DNA of 64,000 nt from Vicugna vicugna (lineage: Eukaryota), in contig MU057521.1 of the NCBI GenBank assembly GCA_013265495.1, positions 62,001 through 126,000 of the forward strand. The letters are read 5' to 3'. Positions 12,862 to 25,435 of this stretch are shown here, piece by piece. Below the pieces are notes generated by a model, which was not told where the DNA came from, made no database searches, and saw only the letters and a list, made by a program, of their open reading frames with translations. Numbering within the stretch: the first letter of the stretch is position 1; each line of letters begins with the position of its first letter. Position numbers and translations under genes: made by a program.

Positions 12862-14140
12862 ATTCAACTCAAAAACAACAAGACAAACAACTCAATTAAA
12901 AAGTGCGCAGAGAAATTAAATAGACATTTCTCTGGATAGGTTATACACATGGCCAATAAGCACATGATAAGATGCTCAGTATTAGTCATTAGGGAAACGA
13001 AAGTCAAAATTACTATGAAATACCATTTTATTCCTACTACGATGGCTATAATAATTACTTTTAAAACCCCAGAAAATAAAAAGTGTTGGGAAGTATGTGG
13101 ACAACTTGGAACCTTCATACATTGCTGGTGTGAATATAAAATGGTGTACCTGTATGTGGAGATCAGTTTGGCTGTTTCTCTAAAAGGGAAACAGAATCAT
13201 CATATGACCCAGAAATTCTACTCTTAGGCTTATACCTAAAAGAATTATAAACATATGTCCAATCAAAAATCTGTATACTACAATGGAATATTAGCCGTAA
13301 AAAGAATGAAATAATGCCATTTGCAGCAACATGGATGGACCTGGAGATTGTCATTCTAAGTGAAGTAAGTCAGATAGAGAAAAAATAAATGCCGTATATT
13401 ACTTATATATAGAATCTAGAAAAATGATACAAGTTAACTTATTTATAAGGCAGTAATAGACTCAAAGACATAGAGAACAAACTTATGGTTACCAAAGGGG
13501 AAAGTGGCAGGGAGGGATAAATTAGGAGTTTGGGATTAACAGATACACTATATATAAATAGATAAGTGACAAGGGTTTACTGTATAACACAGAGAACTCT
13601 ATTGAATATCTTGTAAAAACCTATAATGGAAAAGAATCTGATAAAGAATGTACATGTATATGTGCATACCTGAATCATTTTGTTGTACACTTGAAACTAT
13701 CACAACACTGCAAATCAATATACTTCAATTAAAAATCTGTATATTAATGTTTATAACAAAAATAGAAAAAATTTAAAAGCAACCCAAGTTCCTACAAGTT
13801 GATAAATGAATAAATAAAAGTGATATACCCATACATTAAAAAAAAAGTACTGACACCTGCTACAGTGTGGGTGAACTGTGGGGACATTATGCTTCGTGAA
13901 AGAAGCTCGACGCAAAAGGCCACACGCTGGGTGATCCCACTGTGATGAAACGTCTAGAATAGTAAAATTCATAAATACTGAAAAGAGTTAGTGATTGCCA
14001 GAGTCTGAGGGGAGAAGGGAATGGGGAGTGAGTGCTTAATGGACATGGGAGTCCTTTTTTGGCAGAATGAAAATGTTCTTAAATTAGAAAGGGATGATGT
14101 TTGTGCAGCATTTTGAATGTCCTAAATGCCACTAATTGGA
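12862..14140 (+). mobile_element. L1MB-like element (ORF2 C-terminus and 3' UTR), interrupted at 13278-13730
   Basis: ORF 12949-13227 (MANKHMIRCS...TMKYHFIP...KCWEVCGQLGTFIHCWCEYKMV) matches the L1 ORF2p C-terminal region. An L1MB-type 3' UTR resumes after 13743. Confidence 0.9.
13278..13730 (+). mobile_element. Younger 5'-truncated L1 nested in L1MB
   Basis: aaaagaatgaaataatgccatttgcagcaacatggatggacctggag...tacttcaatt, with exact 13-bp TSD aaaaatctgtata (13265-13277 and 13731-13743). Confidence 0.93.
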
Positions 14141-14794
14141 ATGTATTATTGACCTAAAACTATGCATCATCTGAAGCCTGACACGGATGAGGTAAAATTA
14201 TACGCAGAATTCAACCACCATTTCATGCTTTCAGTCCTTTTGCTTCGTGCTTGTTTTACTTATTTACTGAGTCCCTGTTAAGTGCTAGGTGTTCAGCTTA
14301 CTCTGAGTGGTGGGAAACTTAACAGTGCTTCTGAACTTTATATTCCACCCAAAGGTTGAAGTCTCTGTCATAAAGTAATTTCAACAATACTTACAGCTCT
14401 GTTGGTGGGTGCACAGGATGTAACAGCGTTTTTTGCAGTTTGGGTTTTATGGTACCTTGGAAGGGTGCTTGTCAGTCCTGTATTAAGACGCATGTAGTAT
14501 AGTTAATCCTCTGGCTCTGTTCTGCCTGTGTTTACTGTGGTCTGATAAAACTTTGTCTGTTGATGGCTCTCTGCTCTGTTCTGAGTGTCTACTGTTTCAG
14601 GAGTCACTACAATTTTTGATTTTTCCTCTTTTGTCTTATTTCTGTGTTTCAAATTGCTTATATATTCTGCCCCTTGATGCATCTTTAAAGTGTGCTTTCA
14701 CTGCTGCGGGGCTAGAGTAGGTCCAGAAGTCTGAGAACCCCGGGCATTTGTTCTCTGTGGGTCATGCTTTCATTGTACCTGGGGATTCATTAAC

Positions 14795-15000
14795 ATGTGG
14801 GCATTCGAGCATCTGGTGTGATCCGGGCACTACGGGCGCTTTACGTACATTCTCTCTTTTCATGACAGTCCTGTTAAGTAAGATCATCAGTTTTCAGATG
14901 AAGAACGTGACGGCCTAAGAATTAAACACATTGCAAGAAACAAAGTCAAAACTCAAATCCAAGTCTTGTTTGACTTTAGAGTCATAACACCCACCATGCC
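14795..15000 (-). mobile_element. MIR SINE
   Basis: Antisense MIR core: gggcgctttacgtacat...cagttttcagatgaagaac...ctcaaatccaagtc...tgacttta. Confidence 0.7.
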
Positions 15001-15659
15001 TTGCTTTAAATTTTGGGAAATGGAAGAACTATCATGTTAACTGTATGCTTTCTTGAGTGAAGATTATTAAAATTTTATTTATAGGATTTTCCTGGGATCA
15101 AAATCAGAAAAATAATAAATTTACATTAATTTCATAAGTTAAATATTTATAATTTTATTGTCAAATATACCTGGCCTTTTCACTTTTTTCAGTTTTCATT
15201 CTGATACTTAGAAAACCATAAATAGATTTTAACAAACTTTCTTAACTGTAACTTTTTTGTGAGAGCAAGGTATGGATTACATTTTTCCAGCAGCCAAACC
15301 TCTAATACCTCCTCTGTGCTAATTTTCACTTGGTACAGTACTAGGCTGTTGCCAAAAAGATACAAATTGCTTTTCTTTCTAAATTTTAATGTATGATGGA
15401 ATCTCAAGATTTAAAATAAATATGATATTCATTGGGATAATGGGATACGAAACAAGAAACTAGCCATGTAAAAACCAGATGTGTTAGAGCAGACCTAGGC
15501 AACTCAAAGATATTATTCATTATTTCACTCAGTTTATTGTGTACCTACTGTATGCCAGGAACCATTCTAACACTGGAGATAGGAAAATTTCTTGTACTTA
15601 TGGAAATTTTAGACTTTTAGGAGAAAATGTCCCTCCCTCCCTGCCCACCACCACCACTA

Positions 15660-16600
15660 AAAAAGACCACAGACTGGGTGAAGATTTTGCAATGTATATA
15701 GTGACCGAAGGTCATTTTCCAGAACATGTAAGGAATTTCAGTACATTAATAAGAGAAGGCAAACAACTCACTAAAAAAATGGATAAAAAACATGAAGAGA
15801 TAATCCACAGAAGAGGAAATATCAATGGCCTATATGTATGTGTGTGTGTGTATATTTATGTATATATATGTATATTAGTCTCACGAGAAATTGGAGAGGT
15901 ACAAATCAAAACTACGAGATACTGTTTTACACCCATTGTATTGGCAGTTTTTTTTAAAATGTATTTTGTAAGTGTTGGCAAGAAAGGAGAGGAATGGTAA
16001 TTGGTGGTAGAAGGATAAATGGCAAAATGGCACAAAATACTTTGGAGAACAATTTGTCAATAGCCTTTCAAGTTGAAAATAAAAATAAACTTCAAGGAAT
16101 TCAACTTTTAGATGTGTATTATGACTCGTGCCTAAAAAGACACCATAGCAGCAGACCTTATAATAGAAACAAAAATCACCCTGAAACTCTCACAGGAAAA
16201 TGGGCAAATACATCCTGATGTGTTCCTTCATTGAAATAGTACATATCAATTAACATAAATAAATTAGAACTACAAGTATTATGAATAAATCTCAGGAACC
16301 TAATGTTGAATGAAAATGAATCACAGAAAGAATAAATACAGTATGATACTATTTATGATATACAAGACAATTCACCGTAGTTTATAGGAATGCACATGTA
16401 CGTGTATATTCACGGGAGTGACTCAGGAGAGCAGTCTTGGTAGGGGAGGGAGTGGCACGGCTTCACGGAAGAGTTCACCCGCAGTATGCGGTCACATCAG
16501 AAGTGCTTTCCTAGTTAGACTGGACTGGGGAAAATGTACATTTTATTATTCTCTATCCATTTGCATATGTGAAATATCACTAACAAAAATTGAAAAAGTA
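15660..16600 (+). mobile_element. Old L1 (L1MD/ME-like) ORF2 end and 3' UTR
   Basis: ORF 15539-16000 contains REIGEVQIKTTRYCFTPI (L1 ORF2 IREMQIKTTMRYHLTP). 3' UTR motifs follow (atgaataaatctcagg...aatacagtatgatactattta). Confidence 0.8.
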
Positions 16601-16699
16601 GTTCTCTTTTCTGGTAGAATGATTTTGAGCCTAGAAAATGCAAGAGACAAGGATAAAGCTATTATAATGACATGATTTGGTAAAGTTGTCTGGGGCCAG

Positions 16700-17790
16700 G
16701 TAAACTTTATTCAACTCTAGCAATTAATTACTAGAAATGGAAATGGAAAAGATTTCCATTCCCCATAGCAACAAAACTAGAGAAGTTTAAGGAGATACTT
16801 AACAGGAAAAACTTAGGGCCTTTAGGAAGAAAGCTATTAAATTAAACTACTGGATGTAAAATATCATCTAAACAAATGTGTGGACATGCCATGTTGTTAA
16901 TGGGAGGTTTTATTGTCATTAAAATATCACTACTCCAAAATTGATATATTAAATAATGAAATTTCATTTAAAATCCCAATGGATTTTTTAATTAGAAAAA
17001 TTATATTACATTTAAAATAAATAATAAATGCTTTAAAGTATCCAAAAAAAGGATGAAAAAACCCAAAAAACAACTCGTGGGTGACTTCCACTTTAGATGT
17101 TAAATTATACTATAAAATGAGTGTAATTAAATCTCTTTGGTTTCAATCTTTGGATAAACAAACTGATTACAGGAAAAATAAAGGGCATCCAGAAACTAAG
17201 TTCAGTGTAGACAGAAATTTGATATATGTAAAAATGGTTACATTTATTAAGGATAGAATGCTTTATCCATTCTGGCAGAGCTGTGTAGGCTTCTGGAAGA
17301 ATATAAATACACACATACCTGGTTATACTACATATAAGAACAAATTCTGGATGAATTAAAGTTTTAATTGTTCAGAATATTAGAAAATATAAGAGATAAA
17401 AGGTACCATCTGTAGATGAAGGACATCTTCTTTCTCCAAACCGGAAATTTAGAATCTATTCATCAAAATTGTATGTATTTGAATTCCATTAGATTTTTTT
17501 CTTAAATCTTGGTTGTGGCAAAGGAACATGTAACCTAAATCAAGAGAGAGACAGTAGGTTTAAAAAAGCAAGATAAAAAACATACTAGGAGCTGTTGCAG
17601 AATGGAAAGAAACCAACTCAAATACCCAATTAAAAATGTGCAAAGAATGTGAGAAGACCGTTCACAGAAGGGCAGCTGTGCGAGTCCAGCAAATACATGC
17701 AAGGATGCTCAAATTCTCTAGCAGTCAGGAGAGGACTAATTAACTGAACAATGAGCTGTTTCTTTAAACCAATTATACTGAGAAAATTTA
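16700..17790 (+). mobile_element. Old L1 ORF2 fragment
   Basis: ttaaattatactataaa...aaacaaactga..., caattaaaaatgtgcaaag, aaggatgctcaaattctctagcagtcagg; A-rich. Confidence 0.75.
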
Positions 17791-17799
17791 AGGGAACTT

Positions 17800-18205
17800 G
17801 TGTGTCATGTCTTCTGTTTGCCCCTCCAGATCCTCCCCATCCTTCTCCAGCACGGCCTGTGCCCTGGAGTCCTTATATGAATCAGTGGCTTTTTGACTCC
17901 ATTGTCCTTTGGTCTCCGATTGGGTTTGTCCAATGGGAAGCAGTAGCAGCATCGATTGGGAGATAGAGAGTGAGACTGGGTATTTCTTTTCCAGCTGCCT
18001 TCACCAAAGTCAGGTACTAATCGCGTGGCCTTCTCTGCTCCCTCCTCTTGCTTCTTTATTCTTAGAGCTTAATCAGTTCTGGTAATGATCTCTTGTGGGG
18101 TCCCATTCCTCCTGCTAACACCTTGGAAAGTTTCTCTTTATTATACTGTCCTCAGATCACCAAATTGGAGAGTGACCTCTGCTTGCTATCAGGCCTTTGA
18201 GTGGT
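17800..18205 (+). mobile_element. ERVL-class LTR, LTR33-like
   Basis: tgtgtc start; ctccgattgggtttgtccaatgggaagcagtagcag; homologous to the inverted copy at 7443-7800. Confidence 0.65.
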
Positions 18206-18284
18206 GCCCAGCTGTAACGCCCGTTGCAGGTGTGAGGCTAGGGAAGGGTACTCTTGTAACTGCTGAGCAAAACGTGAAGGAGAG

Positions 18285-18480
18285 AGCAGAAATTTTATAG
18301 CCAAGCAAGAGCTGCATGAGTTCAGAGGGGCTTCTCTAAACAGAAAAGAAAAGGCCACCCCTAGAAATAGGAAAATTACATAAGAAAAACTCACCCATAA
18401 AGGTAAATACACAGTAAAGATCAACCACTTATAAAGCTAGTAGGAAGGTTAAAGATAAAGTTAATAAAATCATCTGTCCA
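18285..18480 (+). mobile_element. L1 ORF1-end / inter-ORF fragment
   Basis: cttctctaaacagaaaagaaaaggccacccctagaaataggaaaatta...aaaggtaaatacacagtaaag resembles the laurasiatherian L1 inter-ORF spacer. Confidence 0.6.
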
Positions 18481-21449
18481 TCATCATGTCCATGCAGAAT
18501 GACCCACTGTTCTTGGGGCTGAAACGCTTCAGGCCAGAACTCCTGGGAAGCACACTTCTGCACCCTGGGGCAGGGGCTCCTCACTCCCCTTCGCCACCAG
18601 GGACAGGCAGTGCAGATCTGAAGTATTTTAAAGAAGTCAAACTTAAACTCTTTCTACTGAAGCTAATTGGTCAATAATTAGCCACCAAATTTAACAGTTG
18701 CTTAATTAAAAAATACTCTTCTCTTAAATGTGTCCTGGTATTTCAGTCCAATAACTGGTCATTCCGGGTGAATTATCCGAATATACAAAGAGACTAATCT
18801 CTAAAAGGAATCACTTTTACTTTCTACTGGCACTTTTCCTACATCAAATATCCACTGTCTACTGATCCATTTCATAAAATAGCTTTTTTTTTCTTTTCTT
18901 TTTTCCCTTTCTTTTATCTTGTAAATGGACAAAGTAGAATGTGGGGATTTTCTCTTGGCTTGAGACAGAAAAAAATAGAAAAGTTTTCCACAGGGATAAA
19001 AAGAATGGCAAAGGGATAACATTTCAATAACTCTGAGATACTGCTGGGTGATGTTAACTGTAATATCAGTTTACTTTCTGGCTTGCCTTGGGTTGGAATA
19101 TCACTTTCAGACCACTCACACTAAGGATGTGAAGATAGTTATGGACGTTGCAACTGTATATTACACCAATTGCACATTCCTTCAAAGTCCATTCAAGTTC
19201 TAGTTTTTATGCCCTGAGACATTTTTCTGCATGTATTCTGGGACTGGAGGACAAAGGAATTATGTAATTTTATCCTTTTTTTATATATATATATAATGCC
19301 AGTCTATCACATTCACTTACCTGCTATTTCAAAAGTCAGAATAGACTTCCTAAAATGCCTATCTTTGATACATTCCTCATCTTCTTTTTATCATAAATCA
19401 ACCATATTCCATTTTGATAGTTAGACAAAACAATCTCTATAAATAGTAGTGTAAAGATAACATCTGCAATGTAGAACTATTTTATTGACCTATAAGTGTT
19501 ACATCAGTGTAATTCTATTATGGAAATTCCTCATACTACAAACTCGAAAAGTTTCAGAGAAATTTGAATTATTATAAAGATGAAAAGTACAGAGCATAAT
19601 CCTCTTATTATGCTTTTCCAAATATTTTGTTTATTGCCATAAGCTTATAATTAGTGTAGTTTTACTTAATAGTTGGGGAAATCTGGCACTAATTTTCTCA
19701 GGCAGATATATTTTCAGAGCACAGATATGATAGAGTATTCTCACTGTGAATGCACCTAAAGTCTCATCTACAGAGCACCCGATATACATGGTTCAGAAAT
19801 GGATGAACTTCTTCCAGAGGCTAATAGATCAGGACTTACATATTCCACTTCTCCGAGAATATCTTTGTGAGATGTTTCATTGAAAGACAGATAATAATCT
19901 TTTCACTTCCTATTCCTTAATTATAAGTTCAAGGATACAAAGATGGTTTTTAGTTGTCTCCTATAATTTTAAGTTAATCAAAAATTTAATTTTTCCAACA
20001 GTACATACATAATTATGCAGTATCTCCAACTTTAGCTCTCTAAGGTGACTGGGAGAACTCTCTAAAAATATATCGTTGCTTATATAATATAAATAGTAGT
20101 TATATGATTATTGTATGTGATAAATGATAATATGACATTAATATAACTGTCATATGATCTGGGCTAAATATCTTGAGTATAATGAAGACAACTATTTTTA
20201 AGGTATCAAAGACAAATACATTACTGGAGATTTATTTTCTTATCCATATGAGACTGCATAGGTAACCTCCCTATGAGTATGAATGCATCGGTTCTTGTCT
20301 CAATATTGTACTCCACTGATGGTTCATAATTAGGATTATGACTTATACTTGCCTTAAAATCATTAGAATAATTAATTAAAGTTTGTAAGCAGACTTTTGA
20401 CTTAAGGAATTATTTTAGATCAAACTAAACTGCAATTCTTGAACTGACTTTTCATGTTTACACGCAATAGTACAAATCTACATACGGAAGAGAGTAATCT
20501 TGCTTTTGCTTCCATCCTCCTGAATGACACAGAATGGTCACCATCTCTTCTCTAATTCCAGTAAATCTCACATTCCCTGCAAAGCGGGTTTTGTTGAGCT
20601 GATACTGAAGAAGAAGAATGAAGAAGCTGATGATGGGGAGCAGAAAAGTTGCCTAATTAGTTATACCATGACTGAAGTTCCCAACCTCCAGGCACACCTT
20701 TTTTTTTTTTGAAATTGGCTGGTAGGTTCCAGAGGACACTTGACCTGCAGGTACTTATTTGTAATTGTACGTTGAAAAACTACATGAACTACAGACATAA
20801 AATGCACGTAGGTAGCAGCGCATGATCAATAATTTTTTTTAATTCAGAAAATAATGCTGTGACCAACAAGGAAAATTGATCTTGGACCTAAACCAAGAAA
20901 TGGCTCTTACAAGTGGCCTATTGGTGGTTGAAGTGGGGCAAGGTTTGGGGGTCTGTAGTTGCAAGATAAAGCTCTTTAAAAATTTTCCATCACTTCTTAT
21001 ACTTTGGTATTTATTAGCCCACCTCCCTGTATTCCTCTCATCTGTCTTTTAAATATTTTTTATTGTTCTTCATTTTCTCTCTAAATTGGTCATAATACAG
21101 AAATAAGATATCATTTAAGTTATTTTGATTTTGTTTATTAAAAATGTATATTATGTCACTAAAAGCTGTCACCTTCTCTTTCAAAGTATATAAATTACAC
21201 CTCAATAAAGCTAAAATTATCTTCAGAAGGATTCACAGAGGAGAGACTAGCATATGTTTAAAATTATGGTCATGTTTTGGTTGAGAAAGAATAGTTGGAC
21301 AGCCAGGAAGGTAAAGGGGTTCAATTCAGAATAAGTTTCCTGAGAAGATGAGTGGCAGGATAGGACCTAATTAGGAGGAGAAAGCGATGATGAAATATGT
21401 TAGGATTATATACGTTTACAGGTGGGTTTGGAATTAGATATGGAAGATC

Positions 21450-22420
21450 ACATCTTTTATTTCCTCTGATTTCTGGGGAGTAAAGCAGGGTGTTGAGTTT
21501 AAATAGGTATTTAAATCAAGGGAGCAGGCACTGACTAGAAAAAATTATTGGACTAGAAACTGAGCAACTTCTCAGTTGCATATATGGAAAATCCATTATC
21601 TGCATGGAAATAATTAAAAACAGAAGGGTGCAAGAAGTTTAGTTTCAATAAATGATGACTCACAGAATTTCAGGGAGAGGAGAAAGCAATGGCTAATAAA
21701 CTAAAAGAATTAAAAGAATCAGCAAGAGAAGCCAAAGAATAGTCAGAGTTTGTCACTAAAGAAGCGAGCTAGGAGGAGAGGAAAGTGTGGGCAGAATCTG
21801 CAGTGTTTGGATTAGTGATGCTGAATGTGGGACGGTTTTGAGAAACAATTTGTTCAAGCTGTGATGTGGTCTTAGGGTGAGAGGAGGAAGGGAGAAGGTC
21901 ATAGGAGATGAGAAAATGAAAAAGAAACTGAGGATCAGGGTGTTGTGTGGGCATCTGCACTGGTGCTGAGTCACCTGAGATAATGACAGAAATGGGACCA
22001 GAGAGGAAAACTGGAAGCCATTTGTCACTTAAATGACTGAGCAGGTGTGACCACAAGAGTGAAGGATGACAAAGAGTGGCTGATGCTGTGGTCAAAAAGA
22101 GCAGCGGTTTGTTTGCTTTTGTTTTTTTGGTAAGAAGGTTGTAGAGAATTATCTGTTTTATGAGAGGCTTGTAGTGATTTATCTGGCAATTCAAAGAAAA
22201 GAAGAAACATAGATCCTATGTTCTGATCTTGAAACTCAGGTATATGACTTGACCCAGGGTTAGCGGATACCGTGTCCTCAGGTTCAGTGAAGAGAAACAA
22301 GTGTAGGAAGTACTGTCTGAAAGCCTGAGGATGTTTGGGGACTTTGCTGATAAAGGAGCTGTATTTGCCGAGGCACAGTGAGAAACTCTCAAGGGATGGC
22401 TGAGTCAGAAGCAAGAATAT
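21450..22420 (-). mobile_element. L2 LINE 5'-part remnant including the APE endonuclease region
   Basis: Minus ORF 21769-22194 has WLPVFLSGPISVIISGDS...QFLFHFLISYDLL, resembling the L2/CR1-clade IILGDFN endonuclease motif. The minus strand is pyrimidine-rich. Confidence 0.65.
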
Positions 22421-23839
22421 ACCGTTATTTGGCCATACTCACTTTCTCAGAACAATTTTCTTGTAAATGGATGTTTTTAATTTCTGAAAATAATTCTTTT
22501 GAAATCACATAGGAAAGATACTTTTAACGCTTTTCATTTCATATAGGCCATTATGCAAAAATCTACTTATCAGAGAGGCCACTTTTAGTGAGTCAAAGAC
22601 ATGTGAAGATAATAACCATCTTTTGAAACTTTTAAATTAATATTAAATTACTGAAGTAATATAAATGGCATTTTAAAATAAAATGAAATATACAAACATA
22701 ACTGTTAAAGCTGAAGCTACTCTTTTTCCTGGAGATGACTTCTGCCTTAAATGTGGCATTCCAGAACTTTTTTGTGCATTTATACACACATGAATTTACA
22801 CATAGAAATATTTTGTGTGTACATACTGCATATGCCTTACATAAGTGACATCATATTTTAGATATTATTTAGCAAGCTGCTTTTTGCTTTTTACTGAAAA
22901 GTATCCAAGTGCTCTTTCCAAGTTGTTATCTAGAGAATTAACTCATTTTAAAAAATTATAGCCTCATATTCTGTGATACGGAAATACTAAGACTGGAATA
23001 TTTACTCTTTCTAGATCTTTTAACTCTTACGTAGCTGCTGCTGATAATTTCGGGTAGAAGCACCTTTTTTTTTTCTTTTTTTGCAACCCTCACTTAGCAC
23101 TGAATATTCATTTTCCTCTTCCAAGGCTGCATTTGACAAATTGACAATATGCCATCCTTCATCATTTAAAGGCACTGTTTTTGGTAAAGCAAAATAAAAA
23201 TGTTTCCAATAATTAATATCTGAGGTGGAAGTAACTTTTCTTTGTAGTAAAAGCCACAAAGCTTTTAGGCTCTTAAAACTGTGCTCTTGCCGATTATGTA
23301 ATTGCAGAAATAGTTTTTTTGTGTGTGTGACCACTAAGCTTTTCTCTCTCTCTGTCAAAGTCCAATGTTCTTAGAGTATAAATAAAGCATTTCTTCGCAA
23401 GGAGACCCACTAAAATTACACACAAATGCAGGCAGTGATTGGGTTGCCTGTTATTTTATGTAATTGAATCTGAGCATCAGAGCAGGGTGTCCTGCAGAGC
23501 TGGCTTGGTGCTGCTTACCCACGAAGAGCAATGTCAGAGGCGTCATTTTCTTTGCCTCTTTCTCTCGCGAGCTTATGCCTTCTCAGTCTCTCTTTTTCTC
23601 TCTCTCCTCGCCCCAGCCCACCCTCTATAACCTCTCTGAGTATATGATTGCTTCTATTACTGACAGAATAAATAGTTTGAAGAATCAGGTTGTCCTGCAT
23701 TTTCTAGTTTACAACATACCCTCTGCACTTAACCTTTAAAGCAGATAGTTATTCAGAAACCAGAAACAGGAGGCAATTCCTTAGAAAATCATTTAACCAT
23801 TTATTTCATTAGTTCAATCCTCTTCACTTTTGAACTTTT

Positions 23840-24060
23840 GGGAGTAGCTAGCATTAATTTAGTGTTCTCTTTGTGCCAAGTGTTGTCATAGTAACCCTGT
23901 GAATAGTTCCTGATATTATCCATAGATTGTACATTCAGTAAATGAAACACAGATTGGTTAAATAGCTTGTTAAAGGCCACACAGCTATTAACTGGTAAAG
24001 CTAGTAATTTAAAGTCATCATCTGTTTTTCTCAGACACCACATACTCAAACTTTGCATTT
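23840..24060 (-). mobile_element. MIR SINE
   Basis: ttgtgccaagtgttg...ggttaaatagcttgttaaaggccacacagctattaactggtaaagc. Confidence 0.75.
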
Positions 24061-24189
24061 TATTACTCTACATGGGATAAAACTAAATGGATGGAATTAC
24101 AGTTTCATAGAGACATTCCTTGGAAATGTAGATGCAAAAATCTGTACTTTTTTCTACATGGAAGGGCAATAGAGTACGGATATAAATTT

Positions 24190-24546
24190 TTATGAAACTA
24201 TTTTCCCAGCCTCTTGCCAGTTTAACAACCTGGGAATGCCTTTCCCAAAGCCCTGGGAGCCATCTCTACAGCATGCAATCACCAGGAAAGGGAGAGGCCC
24301 CATCTCCCAGCCTCTGCAAGGAGGGTGGAACCTCACTTTGCTAAATGGCACTTAGCAAACACAGTGCGGTGTCCTCTGTACTGAATTAGGGCCTCCAGCA
24401 CTTTCCCATTAGCTCACGTCAACATTGAAAGTTCCTCCTGCCTTTTGTTTCAGCAGAATTGAGTTCATTTGTCTTGACGCATTGCATTTGTCTTGAATAA
24501 AGTCTTCTTGCCTGTGTCACTCCATCTGGTACAATTTCCCTTGACA
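24190..24546 (+). mobile_element. ERV1 LTR, MER34-like, partial
   Basis: gcctcttgccagtttaacaacctgggaatgcctttcccaaagccctgggagcc, AATAAA, terminal ttgaca. Homologous to 61600-62123. Confidence 0.8.
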
Positions 24547-24989
24547 CCCGAGGAACCTTACTTTTGATGGAGGAGATGGAACAAGATATGGATTAAAGTC
24601 TTCTGCTCTCGTCTGTTATTCATCGAGGAATCCACGAACATCAGCAAATCCATTGGCCCCATGCAGGGTGCATCTTGGGTTGTGTCTTCTAGTATTCATT
24701 TTTCCACCAAAATTTAAAATTCAAGGCTGGTGGATGTACTAAACAGGTGCCTGTAAGAGATAGTGGGCTGTGGTTAAGTTTCAGGTCCATCAAATATTCT
24801 AGTCTCTGAATTTCTCTTTTCTCTATAGTAGTCAACTGTTTTCTTTGTCATATTCACTGTTGTTCGTATTGCCTGACTCAACATAGTTTTTTTTTTAATA
24901 TCCTTCACTTTCTAAATCCTATATAGATTCCCTGAAAATTGGAGAGAATATGATGTAATGATCCTGTGGTTAGTGCTGTAGATTACAGA

Positions 24990-25200
24990 TGATGATAAAT
25001 GCTATCATATAAGACAAATTGTTTCTGTGCCGGCCAAGTGCTAACCACTTTACACACATTAATGCATTTAATTCTTACAACACTATGTAAAGGAAATACT
25101 CTCACTTCCCTCATTTTACAGATGATGAAATTGAGATAATGGAAGGTAAATAACTTAGAATCATACAGTTAGAAAGCGGTCTTTTTGAATCCACCGAGAT
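24990..25200 (-). mobile_element. MIR SINE
   Basis: catttaattcttacaacactatg...cattttacagatgatgaaattgag...aggtaaataactt. Confidence 0.8.
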
Positions 25201-25229
25201 CTTTCTGTAGTCAGTATTTTTGCAAAGAA

Positions 25230-25435
25230 CCACTGCATTTCAAACTCTGACTTGCTGATCATGAAAGTTTTTTGGGGGAGGTATGTAACCCTCTCAGTCT
25301 CAGTGTCTTCATCTTTAAGTGTGTGTTAAGAAATGCCACACAGGATTTTGTTAGGCTTAAAGCAGTCATACACATTAAGCTTCTAGCACAGTGATCAGCC
25401 AAAGTAAACATCAGTTACAGCATTTAACTTTTCAG
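25230..25435 (+). mobile_element. MIR SINE
   Basis: taaccctctcagtctcagtgtcttcatctttaag...ttctagcacagtg. Confidence 0.6.

Noticed and set aside
15539..16000. Longest ORF (153 aa)
   Set aside because: Chance read-through across an L2-like stretch, a decayed L1 ORF2 fragment and a (TG)/(TA) microsatellite.
19311..19440. Perfect minus-strand donor CAG|GTAAGT at 19321
   Set aside because: Several mediocre acceptors upstream and no convincing open exon; isolated donors are expected by chance.
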